The notes below the pieces were generated by a model that saw nothing but the letters and a program-made list of their open reading frames with translations, had not been told where the DNA came from and ran no database searches. This document shows positions 51,447 to 61,720 of a stretch of 64,000 bases of DNA, piece by piece. The DNA is from Candidatus Latescibacterota bacterium (GTDB lineage Bacteria > JAAXHH01). The DNA lies in contig JAJEEG010000003.1 of assembly GCA_022821085.1 (NCBI GenBank), forward strand, positions 17,563 through 81,562, given 5' to 3'. Within the stretch, counting starts at the first letter, position 1. Every line of letters begins with the position of its first letter. Made by a program: the position numbers and the translations under genes.

Positions 51447-51606
51447 GCCGGCGTCCGGATGACGGAAAAACCTCAAAAAAAGTTTGACACGCGGCGCGGT
51501 ACGCTACATTTTACGTCACATATAGTCGCGATAAGTAGTTTAATCGCATAGACTAAGATTTGTTTGGCAACTATTTCGCCGGACAATAGTTTCGGGAATT
51601 GAAGTT

Positions 51607-52485
51607 TTGATTAAACGCCGAATGCCGACCGGGCTGCTGGTCTTGCACTTCGGGGATAGAACAGTTCGTATATCCGGACTGCCGATCGCCGTCATGCTGG
51701 GCACGCTGGTCATGGTAACGGGTGTCGTGTACGCCGGTGCGCGGTCATGGCTTGCCGAATACCGACACGGCAGCATGCACGAAGAGATCAGGATCCTGGA
51801 GCAGTCCAGCCAGTCGAACAAGGCCAGGCTGGAATCGCTCATCGCCTCGGAAGAGACCGCCCGGCTCATCGCGGGACTTCCAAGCATCCATCCGGATATC
51901 CGCCAGGTGGGTGTGGGTGGACCGGCCCCGTCGCCGGATCCGGGATTCGAGCCCGATTCGCCCTATTACCGGGCTACCAGGCTGCATTCCGAGATGGAGA
52001 CTTCCCGGCGCAGATCGAGTCTTTCGCTCAGGAGCATGGAGGACATCGAGCAGCAGATCCGCGAGGTCGACGACCGCTGGCAATTCGTTCCCTCGATTAC
52101 TCCGGCGACCGGCGTGATTACCAGCCGGTACGGCCTGCGGACCGACCCCTTCACCGGTCTCTACACCATGCACCACGGGATAGATATCGCCGCGGCCCCC
52201 GGGACCCCGGTCAAGTCACCGGCCGGTGGCGTCGTGGCCAGGACCGGCGTGGACCCCCGGTACGGCCTGTACCTCGACGTGGACCACCTGAACGGATACA
52301 AGACCCGCTTCGGTCATCTTTCCGCCATCCTGGTGAAGAAAGGCGCGGAACTTAAGCGCGGAGATATCATCGGCCGTGTGGGCATGACCGGGCGAACCAC
52401 GGGAAACCACCTGCACTACGAGGTCCATAAGGACCACAGGCGCGTTAATCCCATGCAGTACATCCGGTCGGAGAACGGCTGCTGA
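51607..52485 (+). CDS. M23 family metallopeptidase (TM + coiled coil), second paralog
   Basis: R.DPFTG, HHGID, FGHL, HLHYE; start uncertain (51607 or 51622). Confidence 0.9.
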   Translation: MIKRRMPTGLLVLHFGDRTVRISGLPIAVMLGTLVMVTGVVYAGARSWLAEYRHGSMHEEIRILEQSSQSNKARLESLIASEETARLIAGLPSIHPDIRQVGVGGPAPSPDPGFEPDSPYYRATRLHSEMETSRRRSSLSLRSMEDIEQQIREVDDRWQFVPSITPATGVITSRYGLRTDPFTGLYTMHHGIDIAAAPGTPVKSPAGGVVARTGVDPRYGLYLDVDHLNGYKTRFGHLSAILVKKGAELKRGDIIGRVGMTGRTTGNHLHYEVHKDHRRVNPMQYIRSENGC

Positions 52486-52510
52486 TCCATTACGACCGTT
52501 AAACAGCATC

Positions 52511-52550
52511 AGAGAGGCAGGGGCTTCGTATAATCCCTGCCTTTTTCATT
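52511..52550 (+). terminator. Intrinsic terminator after the M23 genes
   Basis: aggcaggg...ccctgcct hairpin followed by T-rich tract. Confidence 0.7.
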
Positions 52551-52673
52551 TCTGTGCCGCCTGTCCATGCCGCCGCGTCCTCCGGGCGTCTCCCCTGTCT
52601 CGTCGGCATTCCAGCCATACCCCGAATACGGCGTGATTACGGCCCGGACTTCCATCGAGTGAGGGTCCGTTCG

Positions 52674-53399
52674 ATGTTCAGACAGGATTACATCATGAGG
52701 ACGATCCGCGTTTTCATCGATGCGCTGATCCTGTTGATCCGGGCACGCCGCGACCAGGACTATCACCGGGCGCGTTCGATCATTGCCCAGACCTGGGAGG
52801 ACATCTTCGGCCTGTCGACGGCGTCCGTCATGGCGCTGTCGGAACGCACCCTGCTCTCCATGTTGATGAAACGGAGCGGCGGAGCCGTGGACACCGCCCT
52901 CATGGCCGCGCGCCTGTTCAAGGAGGACGGCACGCTGGCCGTGGCCGACGGGCAGGAGGAGGACGGCCGCCGCCTGTACCTGAAGGCCCTCCACTGCTAC
53001 CTGGAAATCGCCGTGGAGCCGTCCATCGGCACGGAGGACTTTCGCTGGATCAGCGAAGACATCAGTACCACCGGTCTCGTTACGGATCCCCACGAAGCGA
53101 TCGGCGAGCTGCTCGATCTTCTCGGGAACGAGCAACTGCCCGTGTCGACTTCGATGCTGCTGTTTGCCTACTACGAAAGGTACGGCCGGTACGCCCGCGC
53201 CGAGGACGTCCTGTTTCACGCCATGGACGATCACCCGGCCGAGTCCGAATTCGCCCGGCTTGGAATGGCGTTCTACGAACGGCTCGAATCCGCGGAGGAC
53301 GACCGCCTGGAACGGGGCGGACTGCCCCGCGACGAAGTGCGCGAAGGAAGGGCACAGCTGAGCCGTCGGATACGCCGCGCAGGGCATGTTTTTGATTGA
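52674..53399 (+). CDS. DUF6483-like helical protein
   Basis: MF.QDYIMR.I N-terminus; YYE..G.YA.AED.LF, FYERL, GLPR.EV.EG C-terminus. Confidence 0.7.
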   Translation: MFRQDYIMRTIRVFIDALILLIRARRDQDYHRARSIIAQTWEDIFGLSTASVMALSERTLLSMLMKRSGGAVDTALMAARLFKEDGTLAVADGQEEDGRRLYLKALHCYLEIAVEPSIGTEDFRWISEDISTTGLVTDPHEAIGELLDLLGNEQLPVSTSMLLFAYYERYGRYARAEDVLFHAMDDHPAESEFARLGMAFYERLESAEDDRLERGGLPRDEVREGRAQLSRRIRRAGHVFD

Positions 53400-53424
53400 C
53401 GGTATCATGCCGGACTTATAGATT
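53396..53424 (+). promoter_or_regulatory. Putative sigma70 promoter for miaB
   Basis: TTGACG-17nt-TAGATT. Confidence 0.55.
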
Positions 53425-53462
53425 AGCGGAATCTAAAAAAGCGCGAAAGTACACGGGGATTC

Positions 53463-54887
53463 ATGGTGGCGGTCAGCCTAGTCAGCTTGGACAGCATGGA
53501 CAGCACGGAAAGCACGGAACGCACGGCCAACGCAGTTCTCGAGCCGCCCGCGGCGTCCGCCGCGACACAGGCGCGGTCCCTGTACGTGGAGACCTACGGC
53601 TGCCAGATGAACAAGGCGGATTCCGAGCTGATCGTGGGGCTGCTCGCCCGCGAGGGCTATCGGGTCACCGACCGGGTCGACCGGGCGGACGTGATCCTGG
53701 TGAATACCTGCGCCATCCGCGAGAACGCGGAGCAGCGGGTACTCGGGCGCATGTCCGAACTGAACCGGTTCAAGACGGCCAACCCCGACCTGATCCTGGG
53801 ACTCTGCGGGTGCATGTCCCAGCACCTCGGCGACCGGATCATCGAGCGCGCGCCGTACATCGACCTGGTCGCGGGTCCCGACAGCTACCGGCGCCTGCCG
53901 GACATGCTCCGCGCGCTGGACGCGGGAAGCGAACCGGCCCTGAGCCTGACCTGGGACCGGGCGGAACACTATCTCGACATCGACCCCGTCCGGGAAGCCG
54001 GCGTAAACGGCTGGGTCACGATCATGCGCGGCTGCGACAAGATGTGCTCCTTCTGCATCGTGCCCTTCGTGCGCGGCCGGGAGCGCAGCACGCCCCACGG
54101 CGAAGTGGTCCGCCAGGTCGAGCGACTCGCGGCGGAAGGCTACCGGGAAGTGACCCTGCTCGGGCAGACGGTGAATAAGTACCGGGACGGCGAGGTGGAT
54201 TTCGCGGACCTGCTTTCCAGGACGGCGGAAGTCGACGGCATCGAGCGCATCCGGTTCACGTCGCCCCACCCGGCGCATTTTCCGGACCGGTTGATCGAGG
54301 CCATGGCGGCTTCCCCGAAGATCTGTCCCCACACGCACCTTCCGCTGCAGTCCGGCGCGCCTGAGACCCTGTCCCGCATGCGCAGGGACTATACCCCGGA
54401 AGTGTTTCTCGACGTCGTCCGGCGGCTCCGGGAGCGCATTCCCGGGATCGCTTTGACGACGGATATCATCGTGGGCTTCTGCGGGGAGACCGAGGAAGAG
54501 TTCGAGGCGACCCGCGAGATGATGCGGACCGTGCGGTTCGACAGCGCCTTCATGTTCAAGTATTCGCCCAGGCCCGGGACCGCTTCCCACAAACGCCTGG
54601 CCGACGACGTGCCGGAAGAAGTGAAGGGCCGGCGCCTGACGGACGTCATCGAGATGCAGAAGTCGATTTCCGAGACCCGGAACCGCGCGTACCGGGGAAA
54701 GACCGTAAACGTGCTCGTCGAGGGCCGGTCCAGGCGGGACGCCGACAAGCTCTTCGGCAAGACGGACGCCTTCAAGACGGTCGTTTTCCCGGAGCGGGAG
54801 GGCATCGAAACCAACATGATCGTGCCCGTGCGCGTGAGCGGTTCAACGCCATTTACGCTGTTCGGAGACGTCGTGGCGACGGCGTAG
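53463..54887 (+). CDS. miaB: tRNA-2-methylthio-N6-dimethylallyladenosine synthase
   Basis: TYGCQMN, NTCAIRE, CDKMCSFC radical SAM motif, TRAM domain; start uncertain. Confidence 0.95.
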   Translation: MVAVSLVSLDSMDSTESTERTANAVLEPPAASAATQARSLYVETYGCQMNKADSELIVGLLAREGYRVTDRVDRADVILVNTCAIRENAEQRVLGRMSELNRFKTANPDLILGLCGCMSQHLGDRIIERAPYIDLVAGPDSYRRLPDMLRALDAGSEPALSLTWDRAEHYLDIDPVREAGVNGWVTIMRGCDKMCSFCIVPFVRGRERSTPHGEVVRQVERLAAEGYREVTLLGQTVNKYRDGEVDFADLLSRTAEVDGIERIRFTSPHPAHFPDRLIEAMAASPKICPHTHLPLQSGAPETLSRMRRDYTPEVFLDVVRRLRERIPGIALTTDIIVGFCGETEEEFEATREMMRTVRFDSAFMFKYSPRPGTASHKRLADDVPEEVKGRRLTDVIEMQKSISETRNRAYRGKTVNVLVEGRSRRDADKLFGKTDAFKTVVFPEREGIETNMIVPVRVSGSTPFTLFGDVVATA

Positions 54888-54989
54888 CCCGGCTGGGTGA
54901 GCGCGCCGGCGACGCTTCCCCGGATTCCTGGCAATGCCCGGATTCCTGGCGCCGGCCGGCAGCAGATACGCACAGGGAGAGGCATTGAA

Positions 54990-55802
<813 letters not shown>

Positions 55803-55907
55803 GCACGGCCGGCTTTGCTGGTCAATGACGGCCGGCACCGGCCAATAGGCGGCCGTTGACCGCATGGACGGCCTATTGCGGGCGGCCGGGCAAAACCTGG
55901 AGGCTTA

Positions 55908-57035
55908 ATGGCGCGAACGGGAAGAGCGGCGATCCTGAGCGGGGAGAAGGGCACGTTTACCGTCGGCGAGGCGGTGGTCCCCGATCCCGGTCCGGGAGAG
56001 GTGCTCGTAAGGCAGTCCATGTGCGGCGTCTGCGGCACGGACGTGCACGTCTATCAAGGTCACGCGCGGCGCAAGGCCTTCCCGCTGGTACTCGGCCACG
56101 AGATCGTGGGCGTGATCGAGAAGCTGGGGTCCGGCGTCGACTCGGACGCCATGGATAAGCCGGTCAGGGAGGGCGATCTCATCGCCATTATCCCGGGGCA
56201 GCAGTGCGGGACCTGCTACTTCTGCGCGGTGGTCCGGGAGCCCGGGCTCTGTCCGAACGTGCTGGCCTACGGATTCCGGCCCTACGCCGACATCAAGCCC
56301 CACTTCCAGGGCGGATACGCCGAATACGTGCTGCTGAACATCCCCCGCAGCAAGTTTCTCAAGGTCCAGAGTCCGCCCGAGGTCGCGGTGCTGCTCGAAC
56401 CCTTCACCGTCGGCCTGCACTTCGCCGAAAAGGCCCAGATGAAGCTGGGATCCACCGCGGTCATCCAGGGCGCCGGCGCCATCGGCCTCTTCAGCCTGGC
56501 CGCGGCCATCGAGGCCGGCGCGCACCGCACCATCGTGGTCGGAGCGCCCGCGTCGCGCCTGGAACTGGCAAAGGCCTTCGGCGCCGACGTGACCATCAAC
56601 ATCGAGGAAGTGCCGGACGCGCAGGAACGCATCGAAGCGGTCAAGGCGGAGACGCCGGGCGGTTACGGCGCCGACGTGGTCTTCGAGTGCACGGGCGTGC
56701 CGCCGGCCATCCCGGAGGGCGTGGAAATGCTGCGGCGGGGCGGGACCTACGTGGAAGGCGGTCATTTCACCGACGCGGGCGACGTTTCCATGAACCCGTT
56801 CAACCATTTCGTGTTCCGCCACATCACCCTCGTCGGAGTCTGGGCCAGCACCATCACGCATTTCGTGCGCGGCCTGCCTATTCTCGAATCGGGCCGCTAT
56901 CCCTTCGAGGAAATGGTCTCCCACACCCTGCCGCTGAGCCGGGTCGGCGAGGCCATCGACGCGCTGTCGACCAACTACCGGCTCGACGGCGAAGAGGTCC
57001 GCAAGATCGCCATTTCGGGTGAAGTGGCCGGTTAG
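55908..57035 (+). CDS. Zinc-dependent alcohol/polyol dehydrogenase (MDR)
   Basis: CGTD.H, GHE, CxxCxxC...C, GAGAIG. Confidence 0.92.
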   Translation: MARTGRAAILSGEKGTFTVGEAVVPDPGPGEVLVRQSMCGVCGTDVHVYQGHARRKAFPLVLGHEIVGVIEKLGSGVDSDAMDKPVREGDLIAIIPGQQCGTCYFCAVVREPGLCPNVLAYGFRPYADIKPHFQGGYAEYVLLNIPRSKFLKVQSPPEVAVLLEPFTVGLHFAEKAQMKLGSTAVIQGAGAIGLFSLAAAIEAGAHRTIVVGAPASRLELAKAFGADVTINIEEVPDAQERIEAVKAETPGGYGADVVFECTGVPPAIPEGVEMLRRGGTYVEGGHFTDAGDVSMNPFNHFVFRHITLVGVWASTITHFVRGLPILESGRYPFEEMVSHTLPLSRVGEAIDALSTNYRLDGEEVRKIAISGEVAG

Positions 57036-57059
57036 AGGCGTAGTGTAAAGGAGCCCGCA

Positions 57060-57818
57060 TTGAAATTCAAACTGGGATTCAGCGGACTGCGGTGGCAGAC
57101 CCCGGACCTGGACGAGATCCTCGGGCAGCTCAGGGAAACCGGCTGGGACGGCTGGGAGATCAGGCAGTCGCTGGACTGGCTGGGATCGGCCAGCCGGGTT
57201 AGGGCCATTTCGGACCGCGCGGGCGTCCAGGTCGCCGTGGTCACCGGAACCGGCATTACGATCGACGGGGATCACGAGATGAAGGAGCGGAACAAGCGCC
57301 GCATCGACTTCGCCGCCGACGTGGAGGCGGACACCTTCATGTTCATGGGCGCCAACCGTCCGTACGGACGCTCATCGACGCCGGACGACATCCGGGCCCT
57401 GGCGGACCTGTCCGACGAGTTCGCCGACTACGCATCGCAGTACGACCTGGACGTGTGCTACCACATCCATACCAGCACCACGGTCGATTCCCGCGAAGAG
57501 TGGGAGCTGCTCATGCGCCTGATGAAGCGGGCGCAGCTCTGCATCGACGTCTCCCATTCGGCCTTCTGGCACTACGATCCCGCCCAGTCCATCCGGGACT
57601 TCGGGGATCGGCTGGTGTACGTGCACCTGCAGGATTACAAGGATTATCGCTTCGTCGAGCTCGGAGATGGCGGACTGCTGGACTTCGGCGCCGCCATGAA
57701 GTCGCTGGAGGAGATCGGTTACGACCGGTGGGTGACTGTGTGCCCCAGCCAGTCGGACCTGCCCGACCTCGAGAAGATGAAGCGGGAGCGCGCCTACCTG
57801 CGCAAACTGGGGTATTGA
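57060..57818 (+). CDS. Sugar phosphate isomerase/epimerase (IolE-like TIM barrel)
   Basis: GWDGWE, YHIH, D..H, HLQD, F.ELG.G; TTG start after AAGGAG. Confidence 0.8.
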   Translation: MKFKLGFSGLRWQTPDLDEILGQLRETGWDGWEIRQSLDWLGSASRVRAISDRAGVQVAVVTGTGITIDGDHEMKERNKRRIDFAADVEADTFMFMGANRPYGRSSTPDDIRALADLSDEFADYASQYDLDVCYHIHTSTTVDSREEWELLMRLMKRAQLCIDVSHSAFWHYDPAQSIRDFGDRLVYVHLQDYKDYRFVELGDGGLLDFGAAMKSLEEIGYDRWVTVCPSQSDLPDLEKMKRERAYLRKLGY

Positions 57819-57860
57819 CCGGCCTGGCCGCGCCTCAACCGGCCCGGTGGCCGGAAAGCG

Positions 57861-59207
57861 CTACTTCCCTCTGGACTTTTCCAACACGGCCAGCGCGATA
57901 TCCCCGACCCGCTCCGGGGTCTCGGCGATGACCCGGATCATGGGTTCCTTCCCCTCGTCCCCCAGGTCGTAGACGATATCCGGCACGAAGCCCTGCTCCT
58001 CGATGACCCGGGCCGTTCCCCATTCCAGCGAAGAACCCTCCCGCCTTTTTGATTCGAGCGGCTCCTCGTGCCGGTCGAAGGAGGCGACCGAAAGCCCCAG
58101 CCCCCGGCAGGCGCCCAGGATCGATTCATCGTACCGGATGTTCATCACGGACCGTTTGGACGGGTCCTTCCGCATGGCGGTGAGGATGATCCGCGCCACG
58201 TGCGACGACGCGCCGAACTCGGGCGGCGCCACGGAGCGGATATCGCGGCGCACGCGGATGAGCCGGCCCGGGAAGGCGGCCACATCGTCCGCAGACTGCG
58301 CGCTGGCCAGCCCCATGCCCAGGTTGCACTGCACTTCCGGGACGAGATCCCCCGCGTGAGCGCTTTCAAGACGCCGCGCCGCGGCCGCCAACTGGTCCAG
58401 TACCGATAGGCGATCGGCGCCGCGGTAGAGTTCGTGGAAGTGATGGACCGGTCCGTGCCCCCCGCCCAGGGGTACCGCGTGGCGCAGGGCCCCGGTGAGG
58501 TAGGCCTTCGCGGACTCCACGGCTTCGGACACTCCGGCGCCCCTGGCCATTCCGGCGGCGATCGCGGACGCGAAGGTGCACCCCGTCCCGTGGGTGCTCC
58601 GGGTCTCGATACGTTCGGCCTCGAAGATCCGAAACTCCGCTCCGTCGAATAACACGTCGACCGCCGGTCCCTCGAGGTGGCCGCCCTTGACGACCACGTG
58701 GCGCGGCCCCATCTCGTGGAGCTTTCGGGCGATAGTCTTCATGCCTTCCGTGTCCGACGCCTCGATGCCCGTCAGCGCCTTCGCCTCGTCCAGGTTCGGC
58801 GTGACGACGGCGGCGAGGGGAACGAGCCGATCGATCAGCGTGGAGACCGCCTCCGGTTCCAGCAGGGCGTCGCCGCTCTTGGCGAGCATCACCGGGTCCA
58901 CGACCAGGGGGATGTCGGTATACGGCCGCAGCGCGCCCGCCACGGCGGCGATGATCTCCGCGTTGGCGAGCATGCCCGTCTTGATGGCCCGGGCGCCGAT
59001 GTCCGAAAGGACGGATTCGATCTGCGCCGCCACCGCCTCGGGCGGCAGGTGGTGGACGGCCTGTACGCCGAGGGTGTTCTGGGCGGTCACGGAGGTTACG
59101 GCCGACATGCCGTACACGCCATTGGCCGAGAACGTCTTGAGGTCCGCCTGGATGCCGGCGCCGCCTCCGGAGTCGGAACCCGCGATGGTAAGTGCTACCG
59201 GGATCAT
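57861..59207 (-). CDS. thiD: HMP/HMP-P kinase ThiD fused to a ThiN-type thiamine-phosphate synthase domain
   Basis: [24 protein letters not shown]; C-terminal PEV..N, FPGR, FGASSH.AR, D.G..GKEPM. Confidence 0.92.
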   Translation of the reverse strand: MIPVALTIAGSDSGGGAGIQADLKTFSANGVYGMSAVTSVTAQNTLGVQAVHHLPPEAVAAQIESVLSDIGARAIKTGMLANAEIIAAVAGALRPYTDIPLVVDPVMLAKSGDALLEPEAVSTLIDRLVPLAAVVTPNLDEAKALTGIEASDTEGMKTIARKLHEMGPRHVVVKGGHLEGPAVDVLFDGAEFRIFEAERIETRSTHGTGCTFASAIAAGMARGAGVSEAVESAKAYLTGALRHAVPLGGGHGPVHHFHELYRGADRLSVLDQLAAAARRLESAHAGDLVPEVQCNLGMGLASAQSADDVAAFPGRLIRVRRDIRSVAPPEFGASSHVARIILTAMRKDPSKRSVMNIRYDESILGACRGLGLSVASFDRHEEPLESKRREGSSLEWGTARVIEEQGFVPDIVYDLGDEGKEPMIRVIAETPERVGDIALAVLEKSRGK

Positions 59208-59232
59208 GGGAGGTGATTCGGGTGGATGATCG

Positions 59233-60744
59233 TCAGGTCGTCTTGGGTTGGTTTTCGTAGAACTTCTTGATCAGGCGGTCCAGGTACGCGCCGGGGTTCT
59301 CGATCGCAGCCCTGGTGATCTTCAGTTCCCTGGCCTGGATCAGCTTCAGGCCGTGGACGTAGTCCTTGAACAGTTCCAGCCCCATTTCTTCGGTGGTCCG
59401 GCCCTGTTGCTCCGCCAGGTTTTCCAGCGCGGCGGCCGCGGCTTCGTCCAGCGTGAGCGTGATGTCGTGTTCCGCGTAATACACCTGCACCAGCTCGGCC
59501 GGTTCGGGCGGCGCTTCCGCGAGGATCCGCTCGAGTTCGCGTTCCGGGTACTCCACCACCTCGGCCGTCACGCCGAACTGTTTCACCGTGCTGGATGGGA
59601 GTTTCTTCTCGAACCGGATCAGGATCCGCTCCATCGCGCCGATGAGGCCGCGGGCGCCCGTACCCGACTGGTGGGCCTGTTCGGCGATCAGGCGCAGCGA
59701 CTTCTCGTCGAAGTCCACGTCGATGCCGTAGGCCTTGAAGTCCAGTTTCTTGGCGATGATGACCGGGCTGTTCGGGTTCCTCAGGATCTGGAACAGATCG
59801 TCGACGCTGAGCTTGTGCAGCACGGCGGTCACCGGCAGGCGCCCGATGAACTCCGACTCGAAACCGTACTTGATCAGGTCCTCCGCGGTCACGTGCGGCA
59901 GCCATTCGCCGTCATCGGGCTTTTCCGCGCCGTCGCCCTGCTCGAAGCCCATCGTCTGCACGCTCATGCGCTTCTTGATGATCTCTTCCAGGTTGGCAAA
60001 GGCCCCGCTGACGATGAAGAGGATGTTCCGCGTATTGATGCGTTTTCTTTCCACCTTGCCCGTCTTCTGGAACTGGAGTGCGTTCTCCATCTGGGACGTC
60101 AGGTCGTGGGGCGCCTGCAGGTCCACGTCCGTCTCCTCCATCAGCTTGAGGAGCGTGCGCTGCACCCCGGTCCGCGACACGTCGGGTCCCACGATGCTGC
60201 CCGACGAGGCGATCTTGTCGATCTCGTCGATGTAGATGATGCCGTATTCCGCCAGCTTGATGTTGCCGTCGGCCTCGTGGACCAGCGAGCGGACCAGCTC
60301 GTCCACGTCCCCGCCCACGTAGCCCGTCTCGCTGAAGCGCGTGGCATCGCCCTTGACGAAGGGCACGCCGATCCTGCTGGCGATGAGCTTGATGAGGTAG
60401 GTCTTTCCCACCCCGGTCGGGCCGATCAGGATGATGTTGTTCTTGATGTTCCCGACCGGTTCCTTCTCTTCCTGGAGCCGGATGCGGTTGAAATGGGTGC
60501 AGATCTTGGTGGCCAGGATCTCCTTGGCCTCGTCCTGGCGGATGACGTATTCGTTCAGGTAGGCTTCCAGCTCCTCCGGCTTCATGTCGAACCGGATCTC
60601 CGGCAGCGGGACTTCCTCCGCGGGCGGATCCGAAGGGACGCCTTCCTTCTCCGGCTGGGCGAACTGGACCTGCGCGCCGTACTTGGTCGAGAAGAACTCC
60701 TTGAGGTCCTTCTGAATGTCACCCATGTCGGGGGTCTTGGCCAT
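59233..60744 (-). CDS. ClpX-like AAA+ ATPase without zinc-binding domain, with extra C-terminal domain
   Basis: GPTGVGKT, GYVG pore loop, YIDEIDK, GVQR.LLK, MGF loop, EFIGRLP, TGARGL. Confidence 0.88.
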   Translation of the reverse strand: MAKTPDMGDIQKDLKEFFSTKYGAQVQFAQPEKEGVPSDPPAEEVPLPEIRFDMKPEELEAYLNEYVIRQDEAKEILATKICTHFNRIRLQEEKEPVGNIKNNIILIGPTGVGKTYLIKLIASRIGVPFVKGDATRFSETGYVGGDVDELVRSLVHEADGNIKLAEYGIIYIDEIDKIASSGSIVGPDVSRTGVQRTLLKLMEETDVDLQAPHDLTSQMENALQFQKTGKVERKRINTRNILFIVSGAFANLEEIIKKRMSVQTMGFEQGDGAEKPDDGEWLPHVTAEDLIKYGFESEFIGRLPVTAVLHKLSVDDLFQILRNPNSPVIIAKKLDFKAYGIDVDFDEKSLRLIAEQAHQSGTGARGLIGAMERILIRFEKKLPSSTVKQFGVTAEVVEYPERELERILAEAPPEPAELVQVYYAEHDITLTLDEAAAAALENLAEQQGRTTEEMGLELFKDYVHGLKLIQARELKITRAAIENPGAYLDRLIKKFYENQPKTT

Positions 60745-60840
60745 AGGGGATCGGTCCTTTTAGTGCGGTCCGCTTGGGTCTTGGGCGCCGTCGCCTGTTC
60801 ACGTGCACCATCCGCATCGGCGACGCGGTACAACCCCCGT

Positions 60841-60869
60841 AATATAGGTGATGAGGCGCAATCGGGCAA
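60841..60869 (-). promoter_or_regulatory. Putative sigma70 promoter for the clpX-like/thiDN operon
   Basis: TTGCCC-17nt-TATATT. Confidence 0.5.
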
Positions 60870-60931
60870 ACGCAATTGACGTGACGCGCCGCCGGAGCGG
60901 CCGGTTTTCCCGACGTGAAAGGCTTTCAACG

Positions 60932-61399
60932 CTACGGTTTCGCGGCGCGGCCGCCGAAGGCGCGCAGGGCCCAGTACCTGACGCGGCTCCACACCCGGCC
61001 CATCCCCTCGGACCGGAGCAGATCCCGGAAGTCGCTGTCGGCGGCTTTCCGGTAATCCCGGCTCAGCCGTCCCATGCGGATCGACTGGTAGGCGCAGTCA
61101 TGCATCAGGCTCGGGGCCATGGACGACCGGGTGTCGACCGCCGGGCCCGACGCACCGTCCCAGGAGTACCCGGGATACACCACGAGCCGGTTCCCGTCGA
61201 ACCGGTACATGGGCAACGGGCTGGCCTCCTGCTGCAGGCGGCTCTGCCTGTACACTGTAATGGACGGGTACGCATGAGCGAGCCGGTAGACGTACTCCTC
61301 CATCACCAGGTACTTGTACTCCCTTCGGAACATCCTGCGCCGGGCGTCGCTTTTCCTGAGTTCGACCCAGCGTCCCCGCTTCGTGACAGAACAACCCAT
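60932..61399 (-). CDS. DUF1353-like protein (family often phage-associated)
   Basis: GYSWDGASGP, SLMHDCAYQ, RKAAD..F, W.LR.FG; AGGAAGGAG SD before ATG 61399. Confidence 0.72.
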   Translation of the reverse strand: MGCSVTKRGRWVELRKSDARRRMFRREYKYLVMEEYVYRLAHAYPSITVYRQSRLQQEASPLPMYRFDGNRLVVYPGYSWDGASGPAVDTRSSMAPSLMHDCAYQSIRMGRLSRDYRKAADSDFRDLLRSEGMGRVWSRVRYWALRAFGGRAAKP

Positions 61400-61490
61400 G
61401 ATCCGCTCCTTCCTGATGATGTCGCACTGGCCGCTGTTGTTAGAGACTGCTCCAGCGGCTGCGCACTGTATTATGTCAGGCAGGGGCACG

Positions 61491-61531
61491 AAAAAACCCC
61501 GTGCCGACTGTTGATCAGAAGTAGCACGGGG
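61491..61531 (-). terminator. Intrinsic terminator upstream of the DUF1353-like gene
   Basis: ccccgtgc...gcacgggg stem followed by TTTTTT on the minus strand. Confidence 0.8.
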
Positions 61532-61634
61532 ACGCTTGAAGGTCCGCGGGGTGCGGGTCCGCTTAAGGGACGCGAGCGTATTCCGATTTGAATTTACAGA
61601 CTACTTACGCCCATGCGTGTACCATGAACGGATA
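61491..61634 (-). ncRNA. Candidate ~145-nt sRNA or attenuator leader
   Basis: Bounded by a near-consensus promoter and an intrinsic terminator; several hairpins; only tiny ORFs. Confidence 0.5.
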
Positions 61635-61640
61635 GATATT

Positions 61641-61669
61641 ACTATACATATGTTTGGGGTGTTTGTCAA
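61641..61669 (-). promoter_or_regulatory. Strong sigma70 promoter
   Basis: TTGACA-17nt-TATAGT (with TG directly before the -10 hexamer). Confidence 0.8.
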
Positions 61670-61720
61670 GCGGGGTTTTTGATGCAGCGGTCGGGGAAAT
61701 CCGACAAATGGGCGGGTAAT

